Shown here in pieces: positions 1 through 8,299 of a DNA stretch of 64,000 nucleotides. Within the stretch, counting starts at the first letter, position 1; each line of letters begins with the position of its first letter. Both the position numbers and the translations under genes were made by a program. The notes beneath the pieces are model-generated. The model ran no database searches. It was given only the letters and a program-made list of their open reading frames with translations, and had not been told where the DNA came from. Source of the stretch: Leptonemataceae bacterium (GTDB lineage: Bacteria > Spirochaetota > Leptospiria > Leptospirales > Leptonemataceae); the NCBI GenBank assembly GCA_965227295.1, contig OZ245742.1, positions 1,280,001-1,344,000 on the forward strand. The letters are read 5' to 3'.

Positions 1-171
1 ATCGTGCACGCGCACTTCGATGTGCATGATCGAACCGTCCGGTCGATCGAAACGCCGCATGACGACGGCGTTGAACGTCTTCTTCAGAAAGTCTACGATC
101 TTCTGCGGTTCGCGGGCCGCAAGATACGCGGAGACGGAGGGATAGTCGGCGGGTTTGTAGAGTCGCTTCAT
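1..171 (-). CDS. VOC/glyoxalase (PhnB-like) family protein, 5' part (runs off the window)
   Basis: Translated by hand from ATG at 171: MKRLYKPADYPSVSAYLAAREPQKIVDFLKKTFNAVVMRRFDRPDGSIMHIEVRVHD; typical VOC N-terminus (F..F.A...DGSIMH.E). Not in ORF track. Confidence 0.75.
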   Translation of the reverse strand, partial: MKRLYKPADYPSVSAYLAAREPQKIVDFLKKTFNAVVMRRFDRPDGSIMHIEVRVHD

Positions 172-275
172 GAGTTCGATCTATCCCGATACGCCAAATC
201 GCGCAACCGAATCCCGCCGCTTTACTCCGATATCCCCCGGAATTCCTGTGGTAAAAAAAGAAACGGAACCGCTCT

Positions 276-1295
276 TTGACGTTCGTGCAGAGCCTCTACT
301 ACATCCGCCGCGGAAAACTCGAATGGCGGGACATTGCGGAACCGGAGATCGGCGCGCCGGAGCAGGCCGTCGTGGAGCCGCTCGTTGCCGGCCGCTGCGA
401 TCTGGATTACTTCATCGCGCTCGGTGTTACGCCGCTCACGCCGCCGTCGCCCATCGGCCACGAATTGATCGGGCGAATCACCGCCGTGGGTTCCGGCGTG
501 CGGAACTTTAACGTCGGCGATCGTGTCGTGGTGCCGTTTCACATCTCGTGCGGTCACTGCCGGAATTGCCGCAAGGATCTGCCGGCGTTTTGCAATTCGG
601 TAAGCCACGGCGCAACCTACGGCATCTCGGATTTCGGTGACTTCGGCGGCAGTCTCTCGGACGCGCTGCTCATTCCGTACGCCGACGCGATGTTGCACCG
701 GGTGCCCGACGCTGTGAGCGCCGTGGACGCGGTGGCGTGCAGCGATAATCTTACCGACGGTTGGAGGACCGTCGCTCCGTACGTCGATGCGGCGGAATCG
801 AAGCAGGTCCTCGTGGTCGGCGGCTCGTCCGTGGGTCTCTACGCGCTGATGGCCGCGAAGGCCCTGGGCCAGGAGGCGCACTACGTCGACACGCATCCCG
901 ATCGATTGCGCATCGCCGAGTCCCTGGGCGCAAAAATATTAAATGTAGATGATCCGAACTTAACGCGCCGCTATGCGCTGACCGTGGATTCAAGCGCGTC
1001 GGAAGCCGGGCTCCGGAAGGCCCTGCTTGCAGTGGAACCCGGCGGGATCTGTACCAGCACGGGCATCTACTTCGGCGACGTCAGCATTCCGTTCTGGGAA
1101 ATGTACAATACCGATGTGACGTTAAAGATCGGCCGGGCCGAGGCGGGCGTCTACATTCCGGAGATTCTACAGTACATCGAACGCGGCTCGCTGAAACCGG
1201 GTGACGTCATCACGGACACGATCGACTGGAAGGATGCAGCGCAACGCTACAAACAAAAGGCCGTGAAGATGATCGTCGTGAAGGAAGCCGCTTAG
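276..1295 (+). CDS. Zinc-dependent alcohol dehydrogenase (MDR family)
   Basis: GRCDLD, GHE catalytic Zn motif, structural Zn cluster CGHCRNC...C; start may be GTG at 285. Confidence 0.85.
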   Translation: MTFVQSLYYIRRGKLEWRDIAEPEIGAPEQAVVEPLVAGRCDLDYFIALGVTPLTPPSPIGHELIGRITAVGSGVRNFNVGDRVVVPFHISCGHCRNCRKDLPAFCNSVSHGATYGISDFGDFGGSLSDALLIPYADAMLHRVPDAVSAVDAVACSDNLTDGWRTVAPYVDAAESKQVLVVGGSSVGLYALMAAKALGQEAHYVDTHPDRLRIAESLGAKILNVDDPNLTRRYALTVDSSASEAGLRKALLAVEPGGICTSTGIYFGDVSIPFWEMYNTDVTLKIGRAEAGVYIPEILQYIERGSLKPGDVITDTIDWKDAAQRYKQKAVKMIVVKEAA

Positions 1296-1347
1296 TTTTA
1301 CGGCGCCGATCGCGCCGAAGGTCCGTGTGCCGAACCGCACTTGCGAA

Positions 1348-2205
1348 TCACCCCACGCTGATGTTCAGGTTGTCCACCACACCCGCGTACTGTTTGCGAA
1401 ACTGCCGCGGCGTGAGCCCGCTGAATTCGCGAAACATGCGAATGAGATGTGACTGGTCGGCGAAGTTCTGTTCGTGGGCCAGCTCCGTATCGTTGAGGAA
1501 CTCGTCACTGCGCAGCCGATCCAGGGTGCGGCGAAAACGACAAATGCGCGCAAAGGTACGCGGAGTGATACCTACGCTCGCGCGAAACTTACGTTCCAGG
1601 CTGCGTTCGGAGACGCCGAGCTTTATCGCAAGAGCGGCGATCTGTATGTCCCCACCGGCCTGATTGATTTCCGAGAGGCCGAAGCGTACGACCCAGTCCC
1701 CGTCGTCCCGGGAGCCGGCCGTGAGCACGCTCAACTGTCGGCAGAGCAATTTCAGGCGATCGGCGGCACGCGGTGTTTCGTCGAGTTGCTGCGTAAGAGT
1801 TCCTACAATTCCGGAGCGCAGTTCGTTCGGATGCGCGCAGCTGTCAGTGAGGTCCGCGGCATGGATGTGAAAGAGCGCACCCAGGGCGTCCGGTTGCAGG
1901 GCGGCGCCGACGGTTGCAACCCGGCCGTTGAGACTCATGGCGATGGGTTTTGTGGCCGGTCCGCAAACGCAGAGATCCGGCAAAGCGAACTCTTGCGTGA
2001 CGTCGAAGCGGCCGTTGTGACCGGGCTGGAAGATGAGAAAGCCGCTGCTCTCGGCGGTGAGGCGAAAGTCCCGACTTACCGCCGGTCCTTCCGCCTCGCC
2101 CTCGACGGACCAGAAGTAGCGTACGAACGGCCGAAGATTTTCCGGCGGTTCGATGCGTTGGTACTTCAGACCGGTTGCGGGTTGTTCTGCGGTTGCTTTG
2201 CCCAT
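1348..2205 (-). CDS. AraC-family transcriptional regulator
   Basis: N-terminal PPENLRPFVRYFW; C-terminal HTH SERSLERKF...G.TPR...FADQSHLIRMFREFSGLTP; start trimmed to ATG 2205. Confidence 0.85.
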   Translation of the reverse strand: MGKATAEQPATGLKYQRIEPPENLRPFVRYFWSVEGEAEGPAVSRDFRLTAESSGFLIFQPGHNGRFDVTQEFALPDLCVCGPATKPIAMSLNGRVATVGAALQPDALGALFHIHAADLTDSCAHPNELRSGIVGTLTQQLDETPRAADRLKLLCRQLSVLTAGSRDDGDWVVRFGLSEINQAGGDIQIAALAIKLGVSERSLERKFRASVGITPRTFARICRFRRTLDRLRSDEFLNDTELAHEQNFADQSHLIRMFREFSGLTPRQFRKQYAGVVDNLNISVG

Positions 2206-3017
2206 ACTCCGGTTCCGGCCGTGCGCTGAACGTACTCCTGGAAGTCCCGGGGCTTGCGATCCAGCGCTTCGATTACCCCATGGGACAGGCTGGAATTGCG
2301 CCCGTCCAGTACTTCCCGAAACAAATAATCGACCATGCTTACGACTTCCGGCGGCAGCCCGGCCTCGATCATGCCGGCGTTGTAGGCGTCGATCGGTACA
2401 GCCTGGTATTCGATGCGTTCGCCCAGGGACGCGCCGATTTCCTGCGCGCATTCGGCGAAGGTCATGAGCCGCGGGCCGGTGAGTTCGTAGAGTTTGTTGC
2501 GATGTTGCTCGCTGTTCGTAAGCGCAGCCGTGACGACGTCGGCGATGTCTTCGACATCCACGAAGGGTTCGAGCACGTCCTCCACGGGCAGGACGATGTG
2601 CCGTTGTTGCACGTTATCGAGCAGAAAGCTTTCGCTGAAGTTCTGCATGAACCAGCTGCAGCGCACCACGGTCCAGGCGAGTCCGGAGTCCATGACGATT
2701 TGTTCGCATTTCTGCGCCTCGGGTTCGCCGCGGCCGGAAAGCAGCACCAGGTGTTCCACGTTTTCTCGTTTCGCGCTTTCGGCGAACGCCGCGATGGCTT
2801 CCGAAGCGCCGGGCACGGCCAGGTCCGGATAGAACACGACATAGGCGGCCCGGATTCCGCGCAGGGCCGGCCCCCAGGTCTCGGGTTCGTTCCATTCGAA
2901 ACGCGGTGTGCTGCTGCGTGAAGCCGCGCGATGCGAGATGTTCTGCGCTCGCAATCGTTCCACAACCCGCCGTCCGGTCTTCCCGGTGGCGCCGGTGATT
3001 AAGATATCTTGATTCAT
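2166..3017 (-). CDS. NmrA-like NAD(P)H-binding protein
   Basis: MNQDILITGATGKTGRRV Rossmann motif; GGAGA RBS upstream of ATG 3017. Confidence 0.85.
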   Translation of the reverse strand: MNQDILITGATGKTGRRVVERLRAQNISHRAASRSSTPRFEWNEPETWGPALRGIRAAYVVFYPDLAVPGASEAIAAFAESAKRENVEHLVLLSGRGEPEAQKCEQIVMDSGLAWTVVRCSWFMQNFSESFLLDNVQQRHIVLPVEDVLEPFVDVEDIADVVTAALTNSEQHRNKLYELTGPRLMTFAECAQEIGASLGERIEYQAVPIDAYNAGMIEAGLPPEVVSMVDYLFREVLDGRNSSLSHGVIEALDRKPRDFQEYVQRTAGTGVWAKQPQNNPQPV

Positions 3018-3135
3018 AGGTTTCTCCAAAATTACCGACCAGGGCCGGCTGATGTTAGAGATCCTACGCGAAATCGCCGCGGGAAAATTGGACGAATCCG
3101 ACAATGCGCGAATCCGCACCGCTCCGCCACCGCTA

Positions 3136-3812
3136 CTTAATCTTACGGTTCGGGGCGTATCTGAACGTTCAGCGAGTTTTCGGTAGCTTAAGAGCTGTGT
3201 CTCCCGACGTTTGCCGTGAGACACACAGGGTAGGTTTCGCTACGAAGGCGGGGATCTTTTTGCTACGGCTGAGCGGGAGTTGTGGTATGTCGTTTTGTTA
3301 AGAATGCTGCGTTCGACCCGGACGCTGGTTTGCGACTCGGCTCCCGTAACGTTTCTTGCGACGAAGACGCCGCTCCGGTCCGCTTTACCACAAACCCCGG
3401 CACAACCTCCGCACGTCAGTTGGAACCAGTCGTGCCCATAAAAGTCTTAATGTACACTGGCCGCGACTTACATCACGATTCGGGGCGTGCTCGAACAAAC
3501 AAAAACGTTTCCGGTAGTTCAAGAGCTGTGTCCCGCACGCGCGGCCGTGAGACACATAAAGTAAATTGCGGAACCTTGAAGGGGTTTTTATGGCTACGGC
3601 GAAGCGGGAGTTGTGGTGTTTCGTTTTGCAAAGCACGCTGAATTCGACCCGGACGCGGGTTTGCGACTCAGTTCCGGCAGCGTTTCTTGCCGCGAAGACG
3701 CCGTTCCGGTGCGCCTTACCACATTCCCCGGCATAACCTCCGTTCATCTGCTGGAACCAGCCGTACCCATAAAAGTCTTAATGTACACTGGCCTCAACTT
3801 ACAACACAGTTC
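3136..3812. repeat. Two tandem copies of a ~330-bp intergenic repeat unit
   Basis: CCCATAAAAGTCTTAATGTACACTGGCC at 3435 and 3766 (period 331); TTCGGGGCGT at 3149 and 3479; GCGGGAGTTGTGGT and TTCGACCCGGACGC also recur. Confidence 0.9.
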
Positions 3813-3827
3813 TGGACTTCTGCGATT

Positions 3828-4766
3828 TCAACAGCCGTGGCTGACGGCGATGCCGTAACGATCACCGAGATAACACTGCACGGACTCGCGTTCGGTATCG
3901 GTGAGCAGCCGTTCGTAGAGCAGGAACTCGGCCACGGCGCCTTTGAGATAGATCAGGCTGCCCGGGTCCTGTCGGCCGCCGATGTAAAGGTTGTCCGTAT
4001 AGGCGCCGTCGGAATCGGCGGTGAACGTCGACGGATTGTAGGACGGCTCCGTTCCGTTGAGGTACAGGCGATGACTGGCGTGTGTTCCCTGGAAGGTGTG
4101 CGTGGCAATGCGCGGGACACCGTCGTTCCCCCAGTTCGTATCCAGGGTGCGCGTGGACGCGGTCAGGGCCTGGGCCGTCGGAGCGCCGCGACGGACGTAC
4201 AGGGTGTCGTTGAAGTTCATGTTCAAGTACATGCCGTCGCCGATGTTGGAATCGACGCTGTGCTCGTAGAGGAGGCGCGTCGGCTGGGCCGTGGAGTTGC
4301 TGTAGAAGACCGTAAAGATCGTAAAGTGCTGGATCTTCACGGAGGCCACGCTCAGTAGATTGCCGACGGTGCTGTCCGTGTCGCCGCCCTCGAAGACAAT
4401 GGCCGGTCGATTGTTGAACAGCGCATCCGCCGCGGTCCAGGCCGGATGCAGCGTGGTATCGTCCTGCGACGCCGCCGTGGGGGAAGTGCCGAGGTTGTTC
4501 CACGATTCCACCCGCCCGTTGTTGAATACGATGTTCTCCTCGTCGGCACGATAGCGTAGCAGCAGACTGTCCGTCACCGAGAGGACGGCATCCGGTGTGA
4601 TGGTGACGACAGGCACCGACAGGCCGGCGGCCAACAGGGCGAGCAATGTTACGTCGCGGCCGCTATCGGAGTCTTCGCGCGGATAGATGCCCGTCACAGG
4701 ATGCTGGTACATGCAACCGGTACAGAATAACAACGCGGCAAAGAATGTTAGGACGCGGCGGGCCAT
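3828..4766 (-). CDS. Putative lipoprotein with concanavalin/LamG-like C-terminal domain
   Basis: Signal/lipobox LLFCTGC; C-terminal LYIGGR...LKGAVAEFLLYERLLTDTERESVQCYL; start trimmed to ATG 4766. Confidence 0.6.
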   Translation of the reverse strand: MARRVLTFFAALLFCTGCMYQHPVTGIYPREDSDSGRDVTLLALLAAGLSVPVVTITPDAVLSVTDSLLLRYRADEENIVFNNGRVESWNNLGTSPTAASQDDTTLHPAWTAADALFNNRPAIVFEGGDTDSTVGNLLSVASVKIQHFTIFTVFYSNSTAQPTRLLYEHSVDSNIGDGMYLNMNFNDTLYVRRGAPTAQALTASTRTLDTNWGNDGVPRIATHTFQGTHASHRLYLNGTEPSYNPSTFTADSDGAYTDNLYIGGRQDPGSLIYLKGAVAEFLLYERLLTDTERESVQCYLGDRYGIAVSHGC

Positions 4767-4812
4767 GCTTATGCGAATGATACCATTCGGGAGCGGAGCG
4801 GCACAGTAAAAA

Positions 4813-5409
4813 TCAACACCGTAGAATCTTGCGAACACGTTTTTTGAGAGCCGGCAGCACGTCTTCTGCGAACCAGGGTTGCTTCTTCATCCACAGTTGG
4901 TTGCGCGGCGATGGATGGGGCAGCGGGATCATCGGCGTAGGCTTTGTTTTTAAGTACGTCTTCCAGGCGCGCACGGTGTCGGTGAGGTTGTCTTTGCGTC
5001 GGTCCGCGAGCATCCATTCCTGGGAGTAGATGCCCGCGAGGACGATCAGCTCCAGGCGCGTGAGTTTTTGCATGATGTCGTCGTGCCACGTCTGCCGGCA
5101 CTCCGGCCGCGGCGGCAGGTCGCCGGACTTGCCGGTGCCGGGATAACAAAAGCCCGCGGGCAACAACGCGAAGTTCTTTGCATCGTAAAACTCCTCGTCG
5201 CTCACGCCCAGCCACTCGCGCAGACGTTTGCCGCTGGGGTCGTTCCAGGGAATGCCGCTCTCGTGCGCCCGCACCCCCGGGGCCTGGCCGGCAATCAGAA
5301 TCTTCGCGGACGCGTGCAGTTGGAAGATCGGCTTCGGACCGAGGGGCAGATGCTCTTTACAGATGGTGCAGGCGCGAAGGTCTTTCAGAAGTTGTGGGAA
5401 GGTGGGCAT
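4813..5409 (-). CDS. Uracil-DNA glycosylase family protein
   Basis: ILIAGQAPG, WNDPSGKRLREW, FCYPG, LPHPSPRN motifs. Confidence 0.85.
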   Translation of the reverse strand: MPTFPQLLKDLRACTICKEHLPLGPKPIFQLHASAKILIAGQAPGVRAHESGIPWNDPSGKRLREWLGVSDEEFYDAKNFALLPAGFCYPGTGKSGDLPPRPECRQTWHDDIMQKLTRLELIVLAGIYSQEWMLADRRKDNLTDTVRAWKTYLKTKPTPMIPLPHPSPRNQLWMKKQPWFAEDVLPALKKRVRKILRC

Positions 5410-5548
5410 GATTCACAGTATGTCCCGTGATCAGCATGGTCAAGCCTGAGGCAGGCGTATGCATGAGAATATTTAAGTACCATTTAAAATAGTCCCGCTT
5501 CAAAAAAAGTGGTCGCGTCGCATTGAGGATGTCGATATTTTGAGCTGT

Positions 5549-6259
5549 ATGGGGGCGACTTCTCCGACAAAGACATTCACATACGTTGGAAACGGTGTGT
5601 ACTCCGTGCCGGAGGCGGCTCGACTCACGGGCATCCAGCCCGGCCGCATTCGTCGTTGGACGAAGGGTTATGATTTTCGGAAACGGGATCGTAGCCGCTC
5701 TCAGTCTTCCGCCTTATTTGCGGGTAGCTATAGGGATGTCGGCGGAAAGCCGGGGCTGAGTTTTCTTGATCTTATAGAGATTCGTTTCGTAGAAGCCTTC
5801 CGCAGCTATGGTGTAAGCTTGCAGGCAATTCGGATCGCCGCTCATCGCGCGGCCATTGAGTTAAACGTCGAGCACCCCTTCGCGACAAGTCGCTTCTACA
5901 CGGATCGGCATCGAATATTTTTGCGAGCCGCTGAGCAAGATCAGAATGTCGAATTGATCGATCTGGTAGGCAATCAGTACGCCATCGATGAAATACTCAC
6001 CCCTCACTTGATCGAAGGAATGGAATTTTCGGCATCCGATCTGGCCGAACGATGGTGGCCCCTCGGCAAACAGAAAGATGTATTAATTGATCCGAATCGC
6101 AGGTTCGGTCAGCCCGTTATTGGTTCTGTAAACATTCCTACTGTGATACTTGCCGGGGCATACGAAGCGAATGGCTCATACGAGGCTGTGGCCGAATGGA
6201 TGGAAGTCGATGAGCTGGCTGTACGGCTGGCCGTGGAATTCGAAAAAAGCCTGGCATAA
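5549..6259 (+). CDS. HTH + DUF433 protein, putative antitoxin (VapB45-like)
   Basis: N-terminal HTH YSVPEAARLTGI...IRRW, LSFLDLIE, C-terminal IDPNRRFGQPVI...AVEFE DUF433-like motif. Confidence 0.75.
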   Translation: MGATSPTKTFTYVGNGVYSVPEAARLTGIQPGRIRRWTKGYDFRKRDRSRSQSSALFAGSYRDVGGKPGLSFLDLIEIRFVEAFRSYGVSLQAIRIAAHRAAIELNVEHPFATSRFYTDRHRIFLRAAEQDQNVELIDLVGNQYAIDEILTPHLIEGMEFSASDLAERWWPLGKQKDVLIDPNRRFGQPVIGSVNIPTVILAGAYEANGSYEAVAEWMEVDELAVRLAVEFEKSLA

Positions 6260-6260
6260 A

Positions 6261-6656
6261 GTGAAAAAATTCTTCTTCGACACGAATGTGACCCCAAAGA
6301 TTTGCCGGGCGCTTCGGGAATTGGATTCTCAGTCCGAAATTGCGCATCTAAACGAAGTCTTCGATCCAGGTACGGCTGACACGGAGTGCATCTCCGCCCT
6401 TGCTCGCGATGGCCATGAAGTGGTCTTGACCGCCGATCTTCAGATCTTCAAGAATCCCCACGAAAGGCGTGCATGGCAAGAAACGGATCTGTGCATTTTT
6501 ACCCTGACGAAGGGCTACACGAAACTTGCTTTCTGGGAGCAGGCAGTGTTGCTAATACGCCTGTGGCCTGATGTAAAGAAGCGCGCTGCCAGAGCGAAGC
6601 CCCGTGAGATCTACGAACTTCCGCTCCGGGGCGGCAATATCAAAAAAATCTCCTGA
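6261..6656 (+). CDS. PIN-domain protein (VapC45/DUF5615-like), putative toxin
   Basis: GTG 1 nt after antitoxin stop; FFFDTNV...D.E.I...VVLTAD..I..NPHE PIN signature. Confidence 0.75.
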   Translation: MKKFFFDTNVTPKICRALRELDSQSEIAHLNEVFDPGTADTECISALARDGHEVVLTADLQIFKNPHERRAWQETDLCIFTLTKGYTKLAFWEQAVLLIRLWPDVKKRAARAKPREIYELPLRGGNIKKIS

Positions 6657-6780
6657 AATCAGCATGCCGCTCTTCCGGCCTGTCTGACCTAATCCGCCTC
6701 TCGTTACGCGAAATACAATTGACGAAAAACGTGTCGCATATCTTCCTGTCCAAAAGGCCGTATCCGGTCGGGAGCTTTGC

Positions 6781-8277
6781 ATGAGACGATACTTCAGCAC
6801 ACGCGCGGTTCACCTCGGATTGTGGACGCTCTTTCTGATGGCCGCCTGCGTTTTCCTCTGGAATCTTCTGTATGGCCCGTCCACCTGGACGGTCTTTCGC
6901 ACGACCATCCTCGAACTGGAGGTTTCCCTGGCGCTCCGGGTGGATTCGCTGTCCACGCTCCTGTTCGCCATGGTCTCGTTGCTCGGTGCCGCCATCGCGC
7001 GTTACGGCATTCGATACCTGGACGGCGAAGAACGGCAGTGGTACTTCTATCGTTACCTGGCGCTCACCGTTGTGGCGGTGTCGTTGTTCGTGCTTTCTTC
7101 TAACTTGCTGATGCTCTACGCCGCCTGGCTGGTGACGAGCTACGGCCTGCACAAGCTGCTCATTTACTACAGCGATCGCCCCCAGGCAATCTACGCCGCG
7201 CGCAAGAAGATCATCATCTCCCGCATCGGTGACGCCGTGCTGATCGCGGGCATCGCGCTCACGTACAACATCTTCGGTACGTTCGAGTTCGACGAAATCT
7301 TCGCCGAGGTGGCCTACATTTCCGCGGACTCTCCCGACGGACGCATGCTGGCCGTAGTCGGTTTTCTCTTCGTGGCCGGCGCCATGACCAAGTCGGCGCA
7401 ATTTCCGTTTCACTTCTGGTTGCCGGAAACCATGGAGACCCCCGCGCCGGTTTCCGCGCTCATGCACGCCGGCATCATCAACGCCGGCGGATTTTTGATC
7501 ACACGGTTGAGTCCCATCTTACAGGAAGCGACCGCGGCGCATCTCTTGCTTGTGCTCGTCGGCGCGTTCACGGCCGTCTTCGGTGTGCTGGTGATGATTA
7601 CGCAGAACGACATCAAAAAGAAGCTCGCCTACTCCACGATCGCGCAGATGGGCATGATGATGTTCGCCTGCGGTCTCAGCGCGTATACCGTGGCGCTCTT
7701 TCACATGTTCGCCCACAGCTTTTATAAGGCTCACGCCTTTCTTTCCACCGGTTCACTCATCGAAGAAACGAAGAAGATCGGCTTCAAACTCGTGCCGCCG
7801 CCGACCTTTGCCCTGTTGCTCATGAGTTTGATCGGACTGGGCATGGTGCTCTTCGGCCTGGAGTATGAGAACGGGAAACACTTCGCGCTCTTTACGTACG
7901 GCGCGGTGCTGTTCCTGGGGCTGTTTCAGAACATCGGCTCCGCGAAAGGGGAGCGTTATCCGGTACTGCGCGTCGGCCTCGGCATCTTCATCGGCCTCGG
8001 CATTGCCATCGGAGTCTACGCCCTGATTGAATACTCCATCGGTCGCTTCCTGCTGGGGCATATTCCGGAGGCCCTGGAGTCCGGCTCCTGGGCTTCGCCG
8101 CACGGCCTCGTCAGTCTTACGGCCTATGCGGTCTTCGTGGTCGGTCTGTGGCTGAGCGCCGCGCTCCAACGCCCTGCCGGCCCGCGTATGCGTCGCCTGT
8201 ACATGTATTTGTGGAACGGGGGATACTTCTCGCAGCAATCCACGCGAATCATTGCGAGCCTGGCTCCGGTTCGCTGA
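6781..8277 (+). CDS. dabB: Inorganic carbon transporter membrane subunit DabB (NuoL/ND5-like)
   Basis: TKSAQFPFHFWLPETMETPAPVSALMHAG, KKKLAYSTIAQMG, AHSFYKAHAFL; directly upstream of a DUF2309 gene. Confidence 0.85.
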   Translation: MRRYFSTRAVHLGLWTLFLMAACVFLWNLLYGPSTWTVFRTTILELEVSLALRVDSLSTLLFAMVSLLGAAIARYGIRYLDGEERQWYFYRYLALTVVAVSLFVLSSNLLMLYAAWLVTSYGLHKLLIYYSDRPQAIYAARKKIIISRIGDAVLIAGIALTYNIFGTFEFDEIFAEVAYISADSPDGRMLAVVGFLFVAGAMTKSAQFPFHFWLPETMETPAPVSALMHAGIINAGGFLITRLSPILQEATAAHLLLVLVGAFTAVFGVLVMITQNDIKKKLAYSTIAQMGMMMFACGLSAYTVALFHMFAHSFYKAHAFLSTGSLIEETKKIGFKLVPPPTFALLLMSLIGLGMVLFGLEYENGKHFALFTYGAVLFLGLFQNIGSAKGERYPVLRVGLGIFIGLGIAIGVYALIEYSIGRFLLGHIPEALESGSWASPHGLVSLTAYAVFVVGLWLSAALQRPAGPRMRRLYMYLWNGGYFSQQSTRIIASLAPVR

Positions 8278-8299
8278 CTTTTAACGGGAGTAACTTAGC

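Noticed and set aside
3136-3812. CRISPR array (28-bp identical core repeated)
   Set aside because: The intervening ~300-bp segments are homologous to each other and far too long for spacers, and no cas genes are present.
3282-3858. ORFs 3282..3641, 3613..3858 and 59326..59559 as a repeated protein family (PIKVLMYTG)
   Set aside because: The similarity comes from the DNA repeat. Periods of 331 and 328 and indels break the frame, so these are probably non-coding.
6781-8277. Respiratory complex I nuoL
   Set aside because: No other nuo genes are adjacent, and pairing with DUF2309 identifies it as DabB.
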